A stretch of DNA of 64,000 nt from NCBI GenBank assembly GCA_045532945.1, contig JAZSGZ010000013.1, forward strand, positions 41,900 through 105,899. Reading direction: 5' to 3'. The notes below the pieces were generated by a model. The model searched no databases and was not told the origin of the DNA. It saw nothing but the letters and a program-made list of their open reading frames with translations. This document shows positions 27,280 to 38,037 of this stretch, piece by piece. The position numbers were made by a program, and so were the translations under genes. This stretch comes from Acutalibacteraceae bacterium (GTDB lineage Bacteria; Bacillota; Clostridia; Oscillospirales; Acutalibacteraceae). Within the stretch, counting starts at the first letter, position 1, and each line of letters opens with the position of its first letter.

Positions 27280-28533
27280 TTAAACTAAAACTGGTTCGGT
27301 GTCTCTTGGTGTGAAATCAACAATTTGTTCAGCAGACTCAAGTTGTGTTATGTTATCCAAATAACTAACGGCGTTAAACATGTTAACAATCCCGTACTTA
27401 ACCGGAATATCAGCAGTTTCACAAGAATTATATAGAATCTGCTTTATTTGTTCATTGTTTAAATTGGGGTATTGAGTTTTTATCATTGCACAAACAGAGG
27501 TTACAAACGGTGCAGCACAGGAGGTTCCTGTAAACTCAACATAATCTCCATCGGCATACGTGGATGGTAGTTTTAGGTTTTCTCCCGGTGCGGCTACTTT
27601 TACCCAGTCACCGAAAGCTGCCTTTTTGTATAATTTCTCTGATTGATTAATTGCAGTAACAGATATAACACCATCACAAGCAGCAGGGTACTGCGGTTGT
27701 GTGCTTTTTACGTTACCTACAGATGCAATGTGTAATGGTTTTGATATCCCGCTATTGAATTTAGCAAACATACCATAACTGCTATTTATAAAATCTACGC
27801 CATCAAGTTCCGCTTGCATTTCAGCCAAATGCAAAATGGATAGCGTTGTTTCATTATCAGTGAAAATTTTATATGATATAAACTTCACATTGGGGAGAGT
27901 GTTTTCCATCAGAACGCTACAGACCCTTGCTCCGTGTCCTGTACTGGACGTAAAAGGACTTTCAGGTTCTTCTGTAAAACAATGTGCTTCTAAAAGTCGA
28001 TGAGCAAAGTCCTCATTTCCCGTTTCAACACCGTCATCGATTATACCTACTACAACATCAGGTAAATCATCAAGGCTTTTGTTTTTCAATATGTATTCAA
28101 ACGCTTCCTTACTTTTGGTGCGTTCATATCCCCAAGAGTGCTGAATTTCAGCTCTGTGAAGTGAAAGTTTAGATGTGTCAGATGAGTGTGTTTTTTCCAG
28201 TTCAATTACAATATCAGGTACAACAAGTTTTATATTAGGATTTTTGGTGTATTTGGTGAAAGCTGAGAAGGCATCAAGGGGAGTAGCATACTGCAAAATG
28301 TGCATATCACCATAGCCTGAAATATGGTCTATTGCTCCATATTTATCAAAAGCTACATCAGCGTAAACAATTAATCGTTTTGATGTGAAATGCTTTTGGA
28401 TAGAATCTTTTTTGTCATTGTTATTGTTGAAACTATAGTAGTTTATAAATTGTAAAACTTCTTTTGAAAAACCTTTTAATTCAGAAGAATGGGGAGTAGT
28501 ATTCTGAAAATTGTTGTTTGCATTTTGAATCAT
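27280..28533 (-). CDS. subtilisin-like S8 serine peptidase without a signal peptide
   Basis: Catalytic triad contexts VVGIIDDGV (Asp), STGHGARVCS (His) and GTSCAAPFVTS (Ser). I9-like prodomain. No N-terminal hydrophobic signal. Confidence 0.8.
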   Translation of the reverse strand: MIQNANNNFQNTTPHSSELKGFSKEVLQFINYYSFNNNNDKKDSIQKHFTSKRLIVYADVAFDKYGAIDHISGYGDMHILQYATPLDAFSAFTKYTKNPNIKLVVPDIVIELEKTHSSDTSKLSLHRAEIQHSWGYERTKSKEAFEYILKNKSLDDLPDVVVGIIDDGVETGNEDFAHRLLEAHCFTEEPESPFTSSTGHGARVCSVLMENTLPNVKFISYKIFTDNETTLSILHLAEMQAELDGVDFINSSYGMFAKFNSGISKPLHIASVGNVKSTQPQYPAACDGVISVTAINQSEKLYKKAAFGDWVKVAAPGENLKLPSTYADGDYVEFTGTSCAAPFVTSVCAMIKTQYPNLNNEQIKQILYNSCETADIPVKYGIVNMFNAVSYLDNITQLESAEQIVDFTPRDTEPVLV

Positions 28534-28581
28534 TGAATCATCCGTTTTTATTAATATATTATTACTATAACTTTAAATATA

Positions 28582-28690
28582 GTTTCTATTTATATATGAC
28601 GGTTTTCGCTAAATACTTCACAATTTTTTTGCGTTTTTTGCTTCTTTTTATCACTTTCTACTTTTTGCACAAAATAAATTTTGTCGATTT
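28582..28690 (-). promoter_or_regulatory. conserved promoter-like element, copy B
   Basis: Same box order as copy A (TTTTGTGCAAAAAGTAGAAA ... GTGAAGTATTTAGCG ... GTCATATATAA), with a 12-nt insertion. Confidence 0.6.
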
Positions 28691-28719
28691 GTGGGTTTTG
28701 CTGCCTTTTTGGTACTCTT

Positions 28720-28770
28720 TTTAAGAAAAACAGAGATTATCGTATTGGAAATTAGTAACGATAATCTCTG
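28720..28770 (-). terminator. terminator of the RHS/protease/lipoprotein operon
   Basis: 13-bp stem cagagattatcgt / acgataatctctg (28731-28770), followed on the - strand by tttttcttaaaaa. Confidence 0.7.
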
Positions 28771-28850
28771 CAATTTGTTTTAGGGTGAACTAAAATTATT
28801 TTTGAAATGGTAACACACAAATTGTGTTAATTATCTTTGTATTGGGTTTA

Positions 28851-29309
28851 TTAGAATAAAATATTAGAGCTATTTTCATTTCCTTCTGAAATACATAACA
28901 CACCATTGTGTTCGTTTTCAAAAGCTTGAATGTATATTTTGTTCTCGGCTCCGGTATATACTTTGCCGAATTCAACCATTTCATTACTGCTTTTGTATTG
29001 AACCCATACAGAGCCAATTTCCTTCATAGAGTCGTCCAAAATGGGTTCTTTTATTATCTTAGCTTTTTCAAGTTGGTCATTTAATTCTTGGCTTATGGTT
29101 GCATTAACCTTATTGCCGAACATTTCAAAATATACCTTTTCATAAACAGAATCCTCAAATACTTGTTTTTCTGTGGTAGTTCTGTTTGGGAAGGTTATGA
29201 TAACCTCGGTTGTATTTTTTATGTTTGTATTATTTGTACCTTTATCAGAGCAAGCTGAAAAACATAAGATAGCAATGATTAATAATAAAAAGCTTATTAT
29301 TTTTTTCAT
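28851..29309 (-). CDS. small lipoprotein
   Basis: Signal peptide with lipobox MKKIISFLLLIIAILCFSAC. Confidence 0.65.
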   Translation of the reverse strand: MKKIISFLLLIIAILCFSACSDKGTNNTNIKNTTEVIITFPNRTTTEKQVFEDSVYEKVYFEMFGNKVNATISQELNDQLEKAKIIKEPILDDSMKEIGSVWVQYKSSNEMVEFGKVYTGAENKIYIQAFENEHNGVLCISEGNENSSNILF

Positions 29310-29321
29310 ATCAATCCTCCT

Positions 29322-32300
29322 TTAACCTGCTAAAACCAAGTTCACAACCTGAGCATAATCTTCAACAGTTATTTCTTGGTCCAAGTTTGTATCTGCTGCA
29401 AGGAAATATTCATCCTCTAATGTTGCTAAATTATTAGCAACCAAAGCTACGACAGATGCATCTATAACATCTACTGCGCTATCGCCATCAACGTCACCTT
29501 CAACAATTAGTGTGTAATGTTCTCGATTAGACATATTGTAAATAACAAATTCAGAACCAGTACCATACCAAGAATATTCTTTATATACTAAAGACGGCAA
29601 AGAAGAATAGCTTGTGTTTTCTTGAATTCCAATGATATTAAAGAAATCCTTACAACCTGTTGTTTTGGTGTAAATTAAATTATTATCAAAATCAATGTGT
29701 GTATTGGGAAGGGAAACCATATAATAAAGCCTATTCTGACACATAGAACTTTTAATTATAACTTGACTAACAATATTACCATCAATATCTTTATCCGTAC
29801 TTGTCATAATACAATAATAATAAGGGTATGATTTGTAATCATCAGGATTAAATGTTTTATCTGTTGCATTTGTTATAGGTTTGTCATCATAGTTACCTTG
29901 AATTTTATCCTTTGAACCGTACCATTGATAAGTTCTATTAAATCCTCTTGCATCAAATTCAAGTGGCTCGTATGAATACTTATCCCAAATGGGCTCAATA
30001 TCCTCAACAACGGCAGTTTCTTGCGATATGTTTATAAACTCAATATCATTTTTCTCTGCCCATTGTTCTGCATAGCTATTTACACCTGATGTACCATAGA
30101 CTACGTATTCGATATACTCATTTTTGTAGTCTTTAGCAGGGACACAGTGTTTAAGGGTTGAGGGAAAGATTAAATCTACACTAACAGGTTGATAATACGA
30201 ACTATACCAACATTTACCACCACTTAAAGTATCTGGTAAATCATAAATGTATTCAACGTTAGATAGCAAAACTGTTTTGATGGGACTTGCCTCAAAAAAA
30301 GCAGACCCAATACTTGTGATTTTCGGTAAATCAATTACACTGAGCTTGGAACATTTATTGAACATATTGCGAGTGGATTCGGGATTATCTACTGTGAGAA
30401 TTTCATCAACCAAATCATATTTATCTAAAAAATCCGCTTTGGGAGCATACATAACCCTTAGATATGTGTTGAAAGCAAATGCATCGTTACCTATGCTTTC
30501 ACATTCAGGTAAATATATTTCTCGCACCTTTGCAACATTGTAAAAGGCCTCATTACCAACCTTTTTAACTTTAGGAAATACTGCTCCCAAAAAACTCGAT
30601 TGATAAAATCCAGCCTGCATTATTTCCTCGCAGTTTGGAAATTGTACCTCATATAGATTTGGTAAAAACGAAACGCCATAATAACCAATGGTTTTAATCC
30701 CGTTACCAATTATAAAATCCAAGGTCTCATTTTCATTAAATGCTCCATACTGCTCATCAAGTGTCATAGGGCGTTCATACCTGTCTAACGTATCTCCTAG
30801 AACCTCAACTGTATCAGGAAGAATAACACCATATAACTCTGCTTTATAAAATCCGCTATCCCATGAAATTTCTTTTACTGTTATTCCGTTTATTACTTCA
30901 GGGATTTTAAGATATTTGACATTGCCTGTATATCCCGTTAAAACCCCTTTTTCGTTTACCGTGAACATATCATCAGTACCTAAAACCAATGAACAAAACT
31001 TACCAAAAACATAATTACTTTTATTGCCGTCTTTATAAGCAACAGCACGTATTTTTGCTGAATCATCATATAGTGTAATTGGTTCGGTATATAAAAATCC
31101 ATTTGTGGGCGATGGATATGAATAGTCGGTTGTATAATATATATTTGAACCTGATTCGGCTGAAAGCTCTAATGTGATTTCACCAACATATTTACCCGGT
31201 TCGATACTGAATTGAGGTGCGGATAATGAATCTAAACCAAATAATTTTAAAGGATTTACAATACCGCTACCGAAAAAGTTGGTAACGTATTCTTCATCAG
31301 TTCCCGAACCGCAATTTATCACGGCTCGGATTCGTTCTTCAAAAGAACATTTTTGATTAACGCTCAAATACATTGCATATACACTTACCATAAATGGTGA
31401 AGAAAAAGATGTTCCAGCACTTGAGGTAATTTTATTATTCAAGGAGATTAAACTCATATCAGTACCAGGGGCCATTATGTCTATGTGTTTTCCGAAGTTA
31501 GTAAAATTTGCGGGCGCATTATATTTAGTGCTTGCACCAACACTAAAAATATATTCAGAGGATGTTAAAGGCGAGCCTGCAGTGAACTGAACATCGCTAC
31601 CCTCATTTCCAGCACTTGTAAAAACAGCGCAATACGAGGACCATGCATATTCAAGCGTTTCATCAAGTAGTTTAAAGCTAGGGGAGGAACCTAAACTAAT
31701 ATTTATCACATTAGCTCCATTACTAATTGCCTGAAGAATAGCTGCACACAAGAGAGTGTAACTTTCTATTGCACCATACCTGTTTACACAACGATAGTTT
31801 GCTATTTTAACATTTGGAGTTGTACAGTTAGCAATGAGGCTTGTTACCTTTGTTCCATGTCCTTGATAATCTTGTTCAGAATTCTCATCACCATCACCGG
31901 CATTATTAAAACCTGTCGGTATTAATCTGTCTTGTAAATATTTGCAATTTAAATCCACCCCAGTGTCGACAACAGCTACAATGACTTTTGGTAAGTTTTG
32001 GTTTTTATATTTTTCCAAAACCAAATCCATCCCCGTTGCTTCCAAATACCAATCATTTTTATAATTCTCGTAGGTTAATTCGGTACTGTTGGTAGTTTCT
32101 TCTGTTGTTAAAGCGACAGCATTGTAGGAAAAGTCATACTCAACAGAAATGATATCCGGATTATTTTTATATTGCTCATAGGCGTAGTTTATATCTTCTT
32201 CACTTTTAAACTGTAAAATATAGAAATCAAAAAAACCACTTACTACATCAACTGCATTATATGTATCAATAGGCTTATCAGACTGAACGATAAGACGAGG

Positions 32301-32531
32301 ACAATAATTGATTTCGATTTCTTCGTATGTGTTTTCTGTTGTTTGTTCTTCCTCAATAAATTCGGGAGTAACAAACTCAGATTCACTATATTCGTTTATC
32401 ATTTCATTTACATCTTTGCAGAATTCTTCTATGCTTTCTGAAACAATAACCTCTTCCATTGCTGAAACAGGAATACATATCATTGATGCAAGTAATGAAA
32501 CACTTAAAATAAAACTTATTGTTTTCTTCAT
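29322..32531 (-). CDS. secreted S8 peptidase with BspA-type leucine-rich repeats and a C-terminal dockerin
   Basis: Signal peptide present. Triad contexts AVVDTGVD, HGTKVTS and GTSFSSPFM. LRR_5-like repeats (...IGNDAFAFNTYL...). Dockerin Ca-loops DVDGDSAVDVIDA and DTNLDQEITVEDY. Confidence 0.8.
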   Translation of the reverse strand: MKKTISFILSVSLLASMICIPVSAMEEVIVSESIEEFCKDVNEMINEYSESEFVTPEFIEEEQTTENTYEEIEINYCPRLIVQSDKPIDTYNAVDVVSGFFDFYILQFKSEEDINYAYEQYKNNPDIISVEYDFSYNAVALTTEETTNSTELTYENYKNDWYLEATGMDLVLEKYKNQNLPKVIVAVVDTGVDLNCKYLQDRLIPTGFNNAGDGDENSEQDYQGHGTKVTSLIANCTTPNVKIANYRCVNRYGAIESYTLLCAAILQAISNGANVINISLGSSPSFKLLDETLEYAWSSYCAVFTSAGNEGSDVQFTAGSPLTSSEYIFSVGASTKYNAPANFTNFGKHIDIMAPGTDMSLISLNNKITSSAGTSFSSPFMVSVYAMYLSVNQKCSFEERIRAVINCGSGTDEEYVTNFFGSGIVNPLKLFGLDSLSAPQFSIEPGKYVGEITLELSAESGSNIYYTTDYSYPSPTNGFLYTEPITLYDDSAKIRAVAYKDGNKSNYVFGKFCSLVLGTDDMFTVNEKGVLTGYTGNVKYLKIPEVINGITVKEISWDSGFYKAELYGVILPDTVEVLGDTLDRYERPMTLDEQYGAFNENETLDFIIGNGIKTIGYYGVSFLPNLYEVQFPNCEEIMQAGFYQSSFLGAVFPKVKKVGNEAFYNVAKVREIYLPECESIGNDAFAFNTYLRVMYAPKADFLDKYDLVDEILTVDNPESTRNMFNKCSKLSVIDLPKITSIGSAFFEASPIKTVLLSNVEYIYDLPDTLSGGKCWYSSYYQPVSVDLIFPSTLKHCVPAKDYKNEYIEYVVYGTSGVNSYAEQWAEKNDIEFINISQETAVVEDIEPIWDKYSYEPLEFDARGFNRTYQWYGSKDKIQGNYDDKPITNATDKTFNPDDYKSYPYYYCIMTSTDKDIDGNIVSQVIIKSSMCQNRLYYMVSLPNTHIDFDNNLIYTKTTGCKDFFNIIGIQENTSYSSLPSLVYKEYSWYGTGSEFVIYNMSNREHYTLIVEGDVDGDSAVDVIDASVVALVANNLATLEDEYFLAADTNLDQEITVEDYAQVVNLVLAG

Positions 32532-32597
32532 TTGTTACTCCCTCTTTCGGTTTAAATTACTCAGTTGCGTATAATTGAATAACTATATAATAGGTCA

Positions 32598-35500
32598 TTA
32601 TAAAGTGATATAAATACCATTTGCTGTTGCAAATGATTTAATGGATGGAGCTGCTAACCAAATCTTAAGGTATTTGTCTGCATTGGTGTCTGTTTCAGTT
32701 ATAGAAATGATTTCACTATTTCTATTACTTACAATCCAACCATCGCCCCAAGTAGCGTTAACTCTGTTAATAGCACTTTCTGCATAATTACCTACACAAC
32801 GTGCAAAAAGATTTGATGCAATTCTTTCAACACTCATATTTTTTATATTTCTGCCATTAAGATAATCCCATGTACCTGACTCGCTTATTATTTTAGATGC
32901 ATACAGAGTGCAGAAAGGTCTTGAAAGGAAAGCTTTGTCCATATCCACCTGAATACCACGTGATTGGTCACTTGTGAAAGTGAATTTGTTTCTGTCCCAT
33001 TCCGCATTTGCATCATGATTGTTAATAAGATTATTGTTGCAAATAATATGCGAGTTTATCTTAAGTGGTTCATCGGTGGGGGATGTAAGTTCTTCTAAGG
33101 ATGTCTCATTAAGAGTACGACCCCAAGTTGGTGAATAACATTTGTTTTGGATAAAATATGTACCCAATTCGTAGTCATATAAATATCCTTTATATGTGCA
33201 AGGATTATACATAACTTCTATAGTATTGAAAACTTCTTCAAGGGTTGTATTTCCTTTTACATCCATATAAAGACTTCCAAAAGCATCATAGATGAATTCA
33301 ACAATTATTTCACCTTCTACATTTACTAATCCACAAACATTATCGGAAGAATCTTTAAGGAAATAGTAGGGTATTCCTGTGGGGCTTATAATTCCACAAG
33401 GCGATCCCAGATTATCATACAAAATGTTCGTGTACATATATTCTTCTGAGCCTTCATCAAGTAAAACCAGTTGCATATTAGATAATTGACCATTTTCCCA
33501 AACATAATTAATCTGTTGCTGTTCTACAAAAGGATCAGGATCAGTATTACTCTCAGGGGCATATTCGTGTACTGTTTTATTAATTCTGAAACCATTTTCA
33601 TCGTAAGCAAAAGTCAATTTTTGTTCAGGTGTTGAACCGGAATAAATTATTGCACTTGTAAGTTGGTTACCATTCCAACTTAAATCTGCTACAATTGTTT
33701 CGTTAACGGTATTTTTACCAATATATTTAAGGGGGTTACCATAACTGTCGTATGGGATTTCAAAACTGTTTTCAACAGTCGTATTAGCAAGGTTACCTTC
33801 GGAATCGTATGAAAAGCTTTTTTCTTCATACTTTATCATTTGTCCTAAAGAATCATATGTGAAATATTGAATAGATTCAGGCTCAACAGGTGTAATACGC
33901 ATATTGTTGAATGCAGACCAATCAATAGTATTCCATGTTTCGTATGTTACATTTTCCAAAATGCCAATTAATGTTGCATCAATACCACTTATTGCAACAT
34001 CTTCAGAAAGAATTTTTTCAATAATATTGCCATTGTCATCATACACATAGAACTCACAACCCAATGGACTTAAGGTAGCAGTTACCTGGTTGGCTTCGTC
34101 ATATTGATAGTAACTTTCCATATAGCAACTACCATCGTGGTAAAATCTATATACAAAACGAATATTGCCATGACTATCATATGCATAATTATAGGTGAAG
34201 TCATTTGTAGTTGTGTTACCAATTGTTAGTTCATTAGTGATGCTTTCGATCAAATTGCTCGTTCTATTACCAGGAATAGATTCATCAGGTTCAAGAGTTT
34301 TATATGTATAGTTATTAGTTAAGCCAAATACTATAGAGTCAGAATCTGTTGAACCTAATAAATTGGTCTCTAAAGTGAAATATTTTGAAGAAATTCTACC
34401 AAAATAATCTGTTACTACATTGTTGCTACCGTTAGTAGCGACAATTGACTCAGAGTCAACTATTGAAAGTTTTTCGCTATAAAATTCCGAATAAAGTTCA
34501 GTTGTTGTTCCAATAGTTGTTTCGGTAATTGGGGTTTTTGAAATTGTTTCATATTCATTAACGCCACTTACAGATGAAATAAAAGTTTCAACAGTATTTA
34601 TATCTTCTTGTTCTTTTGAATATACCAATGTTCCTATATCGTTTTGTAAATAGTAAATCTCAATTTTTGAATCTGTGCACTTGATTTTTATGTCGTGTGA
34701 TAAATCAACAGAACTTATTATAGTTTCAGAAATATGACCATCTGAATATGTATACATGTAAGATCCAACAACAGTATAGTCATTATTTTCATCAAGCTTA
34801 TAACCGGTGATATTAGTTATTTCACCATTTTCGTTATATGAATATTCTAACTTGTATCCGTTTGAATAAACAATAGAACCTATATTGTTATTGACATAGG
34901 TATAATCTACTAAATTGTTTGTTTGAGGCATCTCTGAAGAAAGCTCATTTTTGTTTATGTTGGTTAAGTTACCAATATCATCATAGGTGAAATTGTAACT
35001 ATAATTGTTATTAGAAACAGTAGTTATACGATCGGAAGAATCGTATGTGTAGTTTGTTAACAAATCAAGATTTTCACCTGTTACACTATTGATAGTTTGC
35101 GACACCTTTTTCAAAAGACCCGCACGATTGTATTCGAACTCAATTGGATTTGATATATAGTTGCCATCAAGTGCAGAACCTTTTTCAGAAAGCAAAGTTG
35201 ATCTTCCACTATAATCGAAGAACGTTGATGCATCATTAAAATCAGTGGTGTTGATAAGATTTTGTCCATTTGAAGAATATTTATATTCTTGCAACATATA
35301 GGTTGAGCCGTCTGAAATGTATTCTTTGATTACAGTACCATCCTCAGTAATCGTTGTTGTTATTGGGTCTGATAAGGAAACACCGGGCATAGTAGCGGAA
35401 CCATCTTCTGGAACTGCTTCATAAACATAGACATTATCTAAATAGATTTCACCAAGTTGTCCTTCAGCATATATAGATACTGTAGCGGCACATTCAATAT

Positions 35501-37856
35501 CTGATTTAAATGAGCATAATCGTATTTGTTCTTCTTCTAATAAAGATACGTCGAAAGGTAATTCAAATGCACCTAAAGATATATCTGTACCAGGTACGAA
35601 CAATTCAATAGTTGCTTTTAAAGCATAATCGTCGCTAGGGATACTATCAGCAACAATGATTTCTGCTGAAAAAACATATGTTGTATCTGCTTTAAGATTT
35701 TGAGACCCTGGAATTTCAGGATCTTCTTCGATAGTTTGACGTATACCAAGAGTAGTTCCAGCGTTATCGTTTTCAATTATAACTCTTTGGTTGTCAGCGT
35801 CATAATCTGGCATTCCTGTTAAAAATTCCTCCCACAGACATTCGTCAAGGGGACTATCAAAACAACCATTGTCAAGTAAATTGTGTATCTCACTGTAATC
35901 AGATTTTTTTAAGGCATAAGAATCAATAGAGTTTCCCTCGTAGTTAACGCCCATGACATTATTACCATAATAGTATGTAATTAACTGAAAATCTGCGTTA
36001 TATCGCTGTGTTTCTTTTTGAATAAGGGTACCTTCAAAAACCCTTTCGAATGTATTATCTGATGTGATTGTAAAAGTATTAAGTACTTCATTATTTTTCT
36101 TCTGCGTATATCCGGTTAAATATGAATTATCTTCACTCTTGTAATAGAGTTCGGTGATGGTTCCATCAGTGCCTTGAATATACAGCAACTTGCCGTTTAA
36201 ATCATAAGTGTATGCAACACGTATAGGAATATCGTTTTCACTTGGATAAGTGAAAGTGCTCGTAATTGTATTGTCTGTTACTGTGTTTAAAACATCAATT
36301 ACCAAAGGTGTGTTGTCAAACAAAATATACTGGTTTTCAGAATCTTTGACTTCAATCTTATTTGCGTAAATATAATCAGTATCATTGACGGTATATGCAG
36401 AATACGAAATTAAATACTGATTACCTACAGCATCTGTGAGTTTGCTAATGACTAACTGATCCGTATTAGAAAAATAAGAGTATTCCACTTTTAATTCTTT
36501 ATCAGCCTTTTTTATGTATTCAATTCTGCCAACAGAATTGAACCAATATTCAATACCATTGATATCTACATAACAATCCTGATATATATCACCAACAGTG
36601 GTTGAATTTAAAGCAGATTCGGTAATATGGAATGTAGCTCCATCTACATAATCCCTATTCGTATCTTGCTCCCAAACTTGGTATTGGTCAATAGTTTCCA
36701 CATTTTCAGGTTGCTTGAAATCAATTATTGTTCCTTGGGGCAATATTAGTGTTGCATATGGTCCTGCAACGGATAAGCCATAATTATAATTCCATTCACT
36801 GCTTACATTAGCATAAGAATTAAGTGAAAATTTTGCGGAATCAATAGTTTTTGTTAATGTAACAGGTAACAAAGAGCAATCAAGTCCGGCAATAGTCTGT
36901 TCAAGTTTATATGCATTTGTTACATCATTTATTGAGAGAACACCCGCCCTGCCCAAATCTAATGTATGGTATGTAAATGAAGAATCATTTGCTGACACAT
37001 CTTTATAACTTATAGATAAAATTACGGAAGTGATCTCAAATCCATTACCTTTAATTCCAGATCCAACTAAGGCTACGCCATTATTATCAACAATATCTCT
37101 TTCCCATTTGGAATATATATCAGTTATATCAAAAGAATATTCGCTTTTTGTTTTGTCGTACAGTTTATAATAAATATTTTTGCATGTATTAATAGCTGCA
37201 TAAGTTGAGGAATCATCTTCAGATGTAATGTGTTTTAAATATAAGGGTCTGCTGTTGTTCCTCTGGCTTTCAGAAATACTTACGCTTAAAGTAGCTGAAA
37301 GCAAAACTTGGTTGGCCATAGAAAACCTTGTTATTTCTGATGGTTTTATAACCAATGCACCATTAGAAAGTAAAGTGTATTTTGAATTGGTGTATGAAGC
37401 GTTACCTACACAATTTACTGTTATAGGTGAAACATTATCATGCAAGGAAAAAGTATTAATTTTATCAGAATTGGTGTTAGCAGTTTCAATATACGCTTTT
37501 ACCATTTCTTCAGCTTCTGAAATCGTTGACGGAGTTTCGTTTAAACAATCATCAATATTAACCCACTTATCTTCGATGAATTCATGGATTGCAACAGGGG
37601 AAACATAAGTATAATATGTGCCATCTGTCATTAAAAATGTCTTGGAAAACTCATCACGTTCTTCTTCAACTTCTCTGATAATATTATCTGAATAATCATT
37701 TGAAGAGGAATTGATGGTTGCATTTTCTGACAAGATTTCTGTAGTATCTATTGTTGTAGCTAAAACATTCATAGGCAATGCGATACTTGCTACAAGAGTG
37801 GTTGACAGAATACTAGCAGCTAACTTTAAACAAAATCTTTTTGTTGATTTTTTCAT
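32598..37856 (-). CDS. secreted RHS/YD-repeat protein with unclassified ~200-aa C-terminal domain (polymorphic-toxin architecture)
   Basis: Signal peptide present. Many YD repeats (YTYDxxGNL types). RHS core end YKGYLYDYELGTYFIQNKCYSPTWGRTLNETS, followed by a novel tail. Confidence 0.8.
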   Translation of the reverse strand: MKKSTKRFCLKLAASILSTTLVASIALPMNVLATTIDTTEILSENATINSSSNDYSDNIIREVEEERDEFSKTFLMTDGTYYTYVSPVAIHEFIEDKWVNIDDCLNETPSTISEAEEMVKAYIETANTNSDKINTFSLHDNVSPITVNCVGNASYTNSKYTLLSNGALVIKPSEITRFSMANQVLLSATLSVSISESQRNNSRPLYLKHITSEDDSSTYAAINTCKNIYYKLYDKTKSEYSFDITDIYSKWERDIVDNNGVALVGSGIKGNGFEITSVILSISYKDVSANDSSFTYHTLDLGRAGVLSINDVTNAYKLEQTIAGLDCSLLPVTLTKTIDSAKFSLNSYANVSSEWNYNYGLSVAGPYATLILPQGTIIDFKQPENVETIDQYQVWEQDTNRDYVDGATFHITESALNSTTVGDIYQDCYVDINGIEYWFNSVGRIEYIKKADKELKVEYSYFSNTDQLVISKLTDAVGNQYLISYSAYTVNDTDYIYANKIEVKDSENQYILFDNTPLVIDVLNTVTDNTITSTFTYPSENDIPIRVAYTYDLNGKLLYIQGTDGTITELYYKSEDNSYLTGYTQKKNNEVLNTFTITSDNTFERVFEGTLIQKETQRYNADFQLITYYYGNNVMGVNYEGNSIDSYALKKSDYSEIHNLLDNGCFDSPLDECLWEEFLTGMPDYDADNQRVIIENDNAGTTLGIRQTIEEDPEIPGSQNLKADTTYVFSAEIIVADSIPSDDYALKATIELFVPGTDISLGAFELPFDVSLLEEEQIRLCSFKSDIECAATVSIYAEGQLGEIYLDNVYVYEAVPEDGSATMPGVSLSDPITTTITEDGTVIKEYISDGSTYMLQEYKYSSNGQNLINTTDFNDASTFFDYSGRSTLLSEKGSALDGNYISNPIEFEYNRAGLLKKVSQTINSVTGENLDLLTNYTYDSSDRITTVSNNNYSYNFTYDDIGNLTNINKNELSSEMPQTNNLVDYTYVNNNIGSIVYSNGYKLEYSYNENGEITNITGYKLDENNDYTVVGSYMYTYSDGHISETIISSVDLSHDIKIKCTDSKIEIYYLQNDIGTLVYSKEQEDINTVETFISSVSGVNEYETISKTPITETTIGTTTELYSEFYSEKLSIVDSESIVATNGSNNVVTDYFGRISSKYFTLETNLLGSTDSDSIVFGLTNNYTYKTLEPDESIPGNRTSNLIESITNELTIGNTTTNDFTYNYAYDSHGNIRFVYRFYHDGSCYMESYYQYDEANQVTATLSPLGCEFYVYDDNGNIIEKILSEDVAISGIDATLIGILENVTYETWNTIDWSAFNNMRITPVEPESIQYFTYDSLGQMIKYEEKSFSYDSEGNLANTTVENSFEIPYDSYGNPLKYIGKNTVNETIVADLSWNGNQLTSAIIYSGSTPEQKLTFAYDENGFRINKTVHEYAPESNTDPDPFVEQQQINYVWENGQLSNMQLVLLDEGSEEYMYTNILYDNLGSPCGIISPTGIPYYFLKDSSDNVCGLVNVEGEIIVEFIYDAFGSLYMDVKGNTTLEEVFNTIEVMYNPCTYKGYLYDYELGTYFIQNKCYSPTWGRTLNETSLEELTSPTDEPLKINSHIICNNNLINNHDANAEWDRNKFTFTSDQSRGIQVDMDKAFLSRPFCTLYASKIISESGTWDYLNGRNIKNMSVERIASNLFARCVGNYAESAINRVNATWGDGWIVSNRNSEIISITETDTNADKYLKIWLAAPSIKSFATANGIYITL

Positions 37857-38002
37857 AGTATTTAATCTCCTTTTGTTTTTATTTTTTGAAACTTAATTCT
37901 AAAAGAATGTCACCTCCAAAGAAATCAGATACTATATTTCACCTTCATAATAATAGATACAAATTAAAAAGTAAGGTGTGTTGCAAAAAAATGAAAAAAA
38001 GC

Positions 38003-38034
38003 GACAAAAAAATAAACGATCAATAAAGATCGCT
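38003..38034 (-). terminator. terminator after the histidine kinase gene
   Basis: On the - strand: aagcgatc-tttatt-gatcgttt followed by atttttttt. Confidence 0.55.
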
Positions 38035-38037
38035 TAT

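Noticed and set aside
30247-37608. Antisense ORFs inside the S8 and RHS genes (30247-30543, 37228-37608), and similar shadows elsewhere (5452-5877, 59508-60020, 43144-43674, 1066-1461)
   Set aside because: They lie fully within long, motif-supported genes on the opposite strand, have no RBS and have low-complexity translations. These are typical shadow ORFs.
37857-38002. Possible LytTR (AgrA-type) direct-repeat binding sites in the RHS promoter
   Set aside because: The only recurring words (tcacct, two copies 29 nt apart, plus an inverted aggtg) do not fit the 9-bp repeat with 12-13 nt spacer geometry known for AgrA-like regulators. I am not calling a site.
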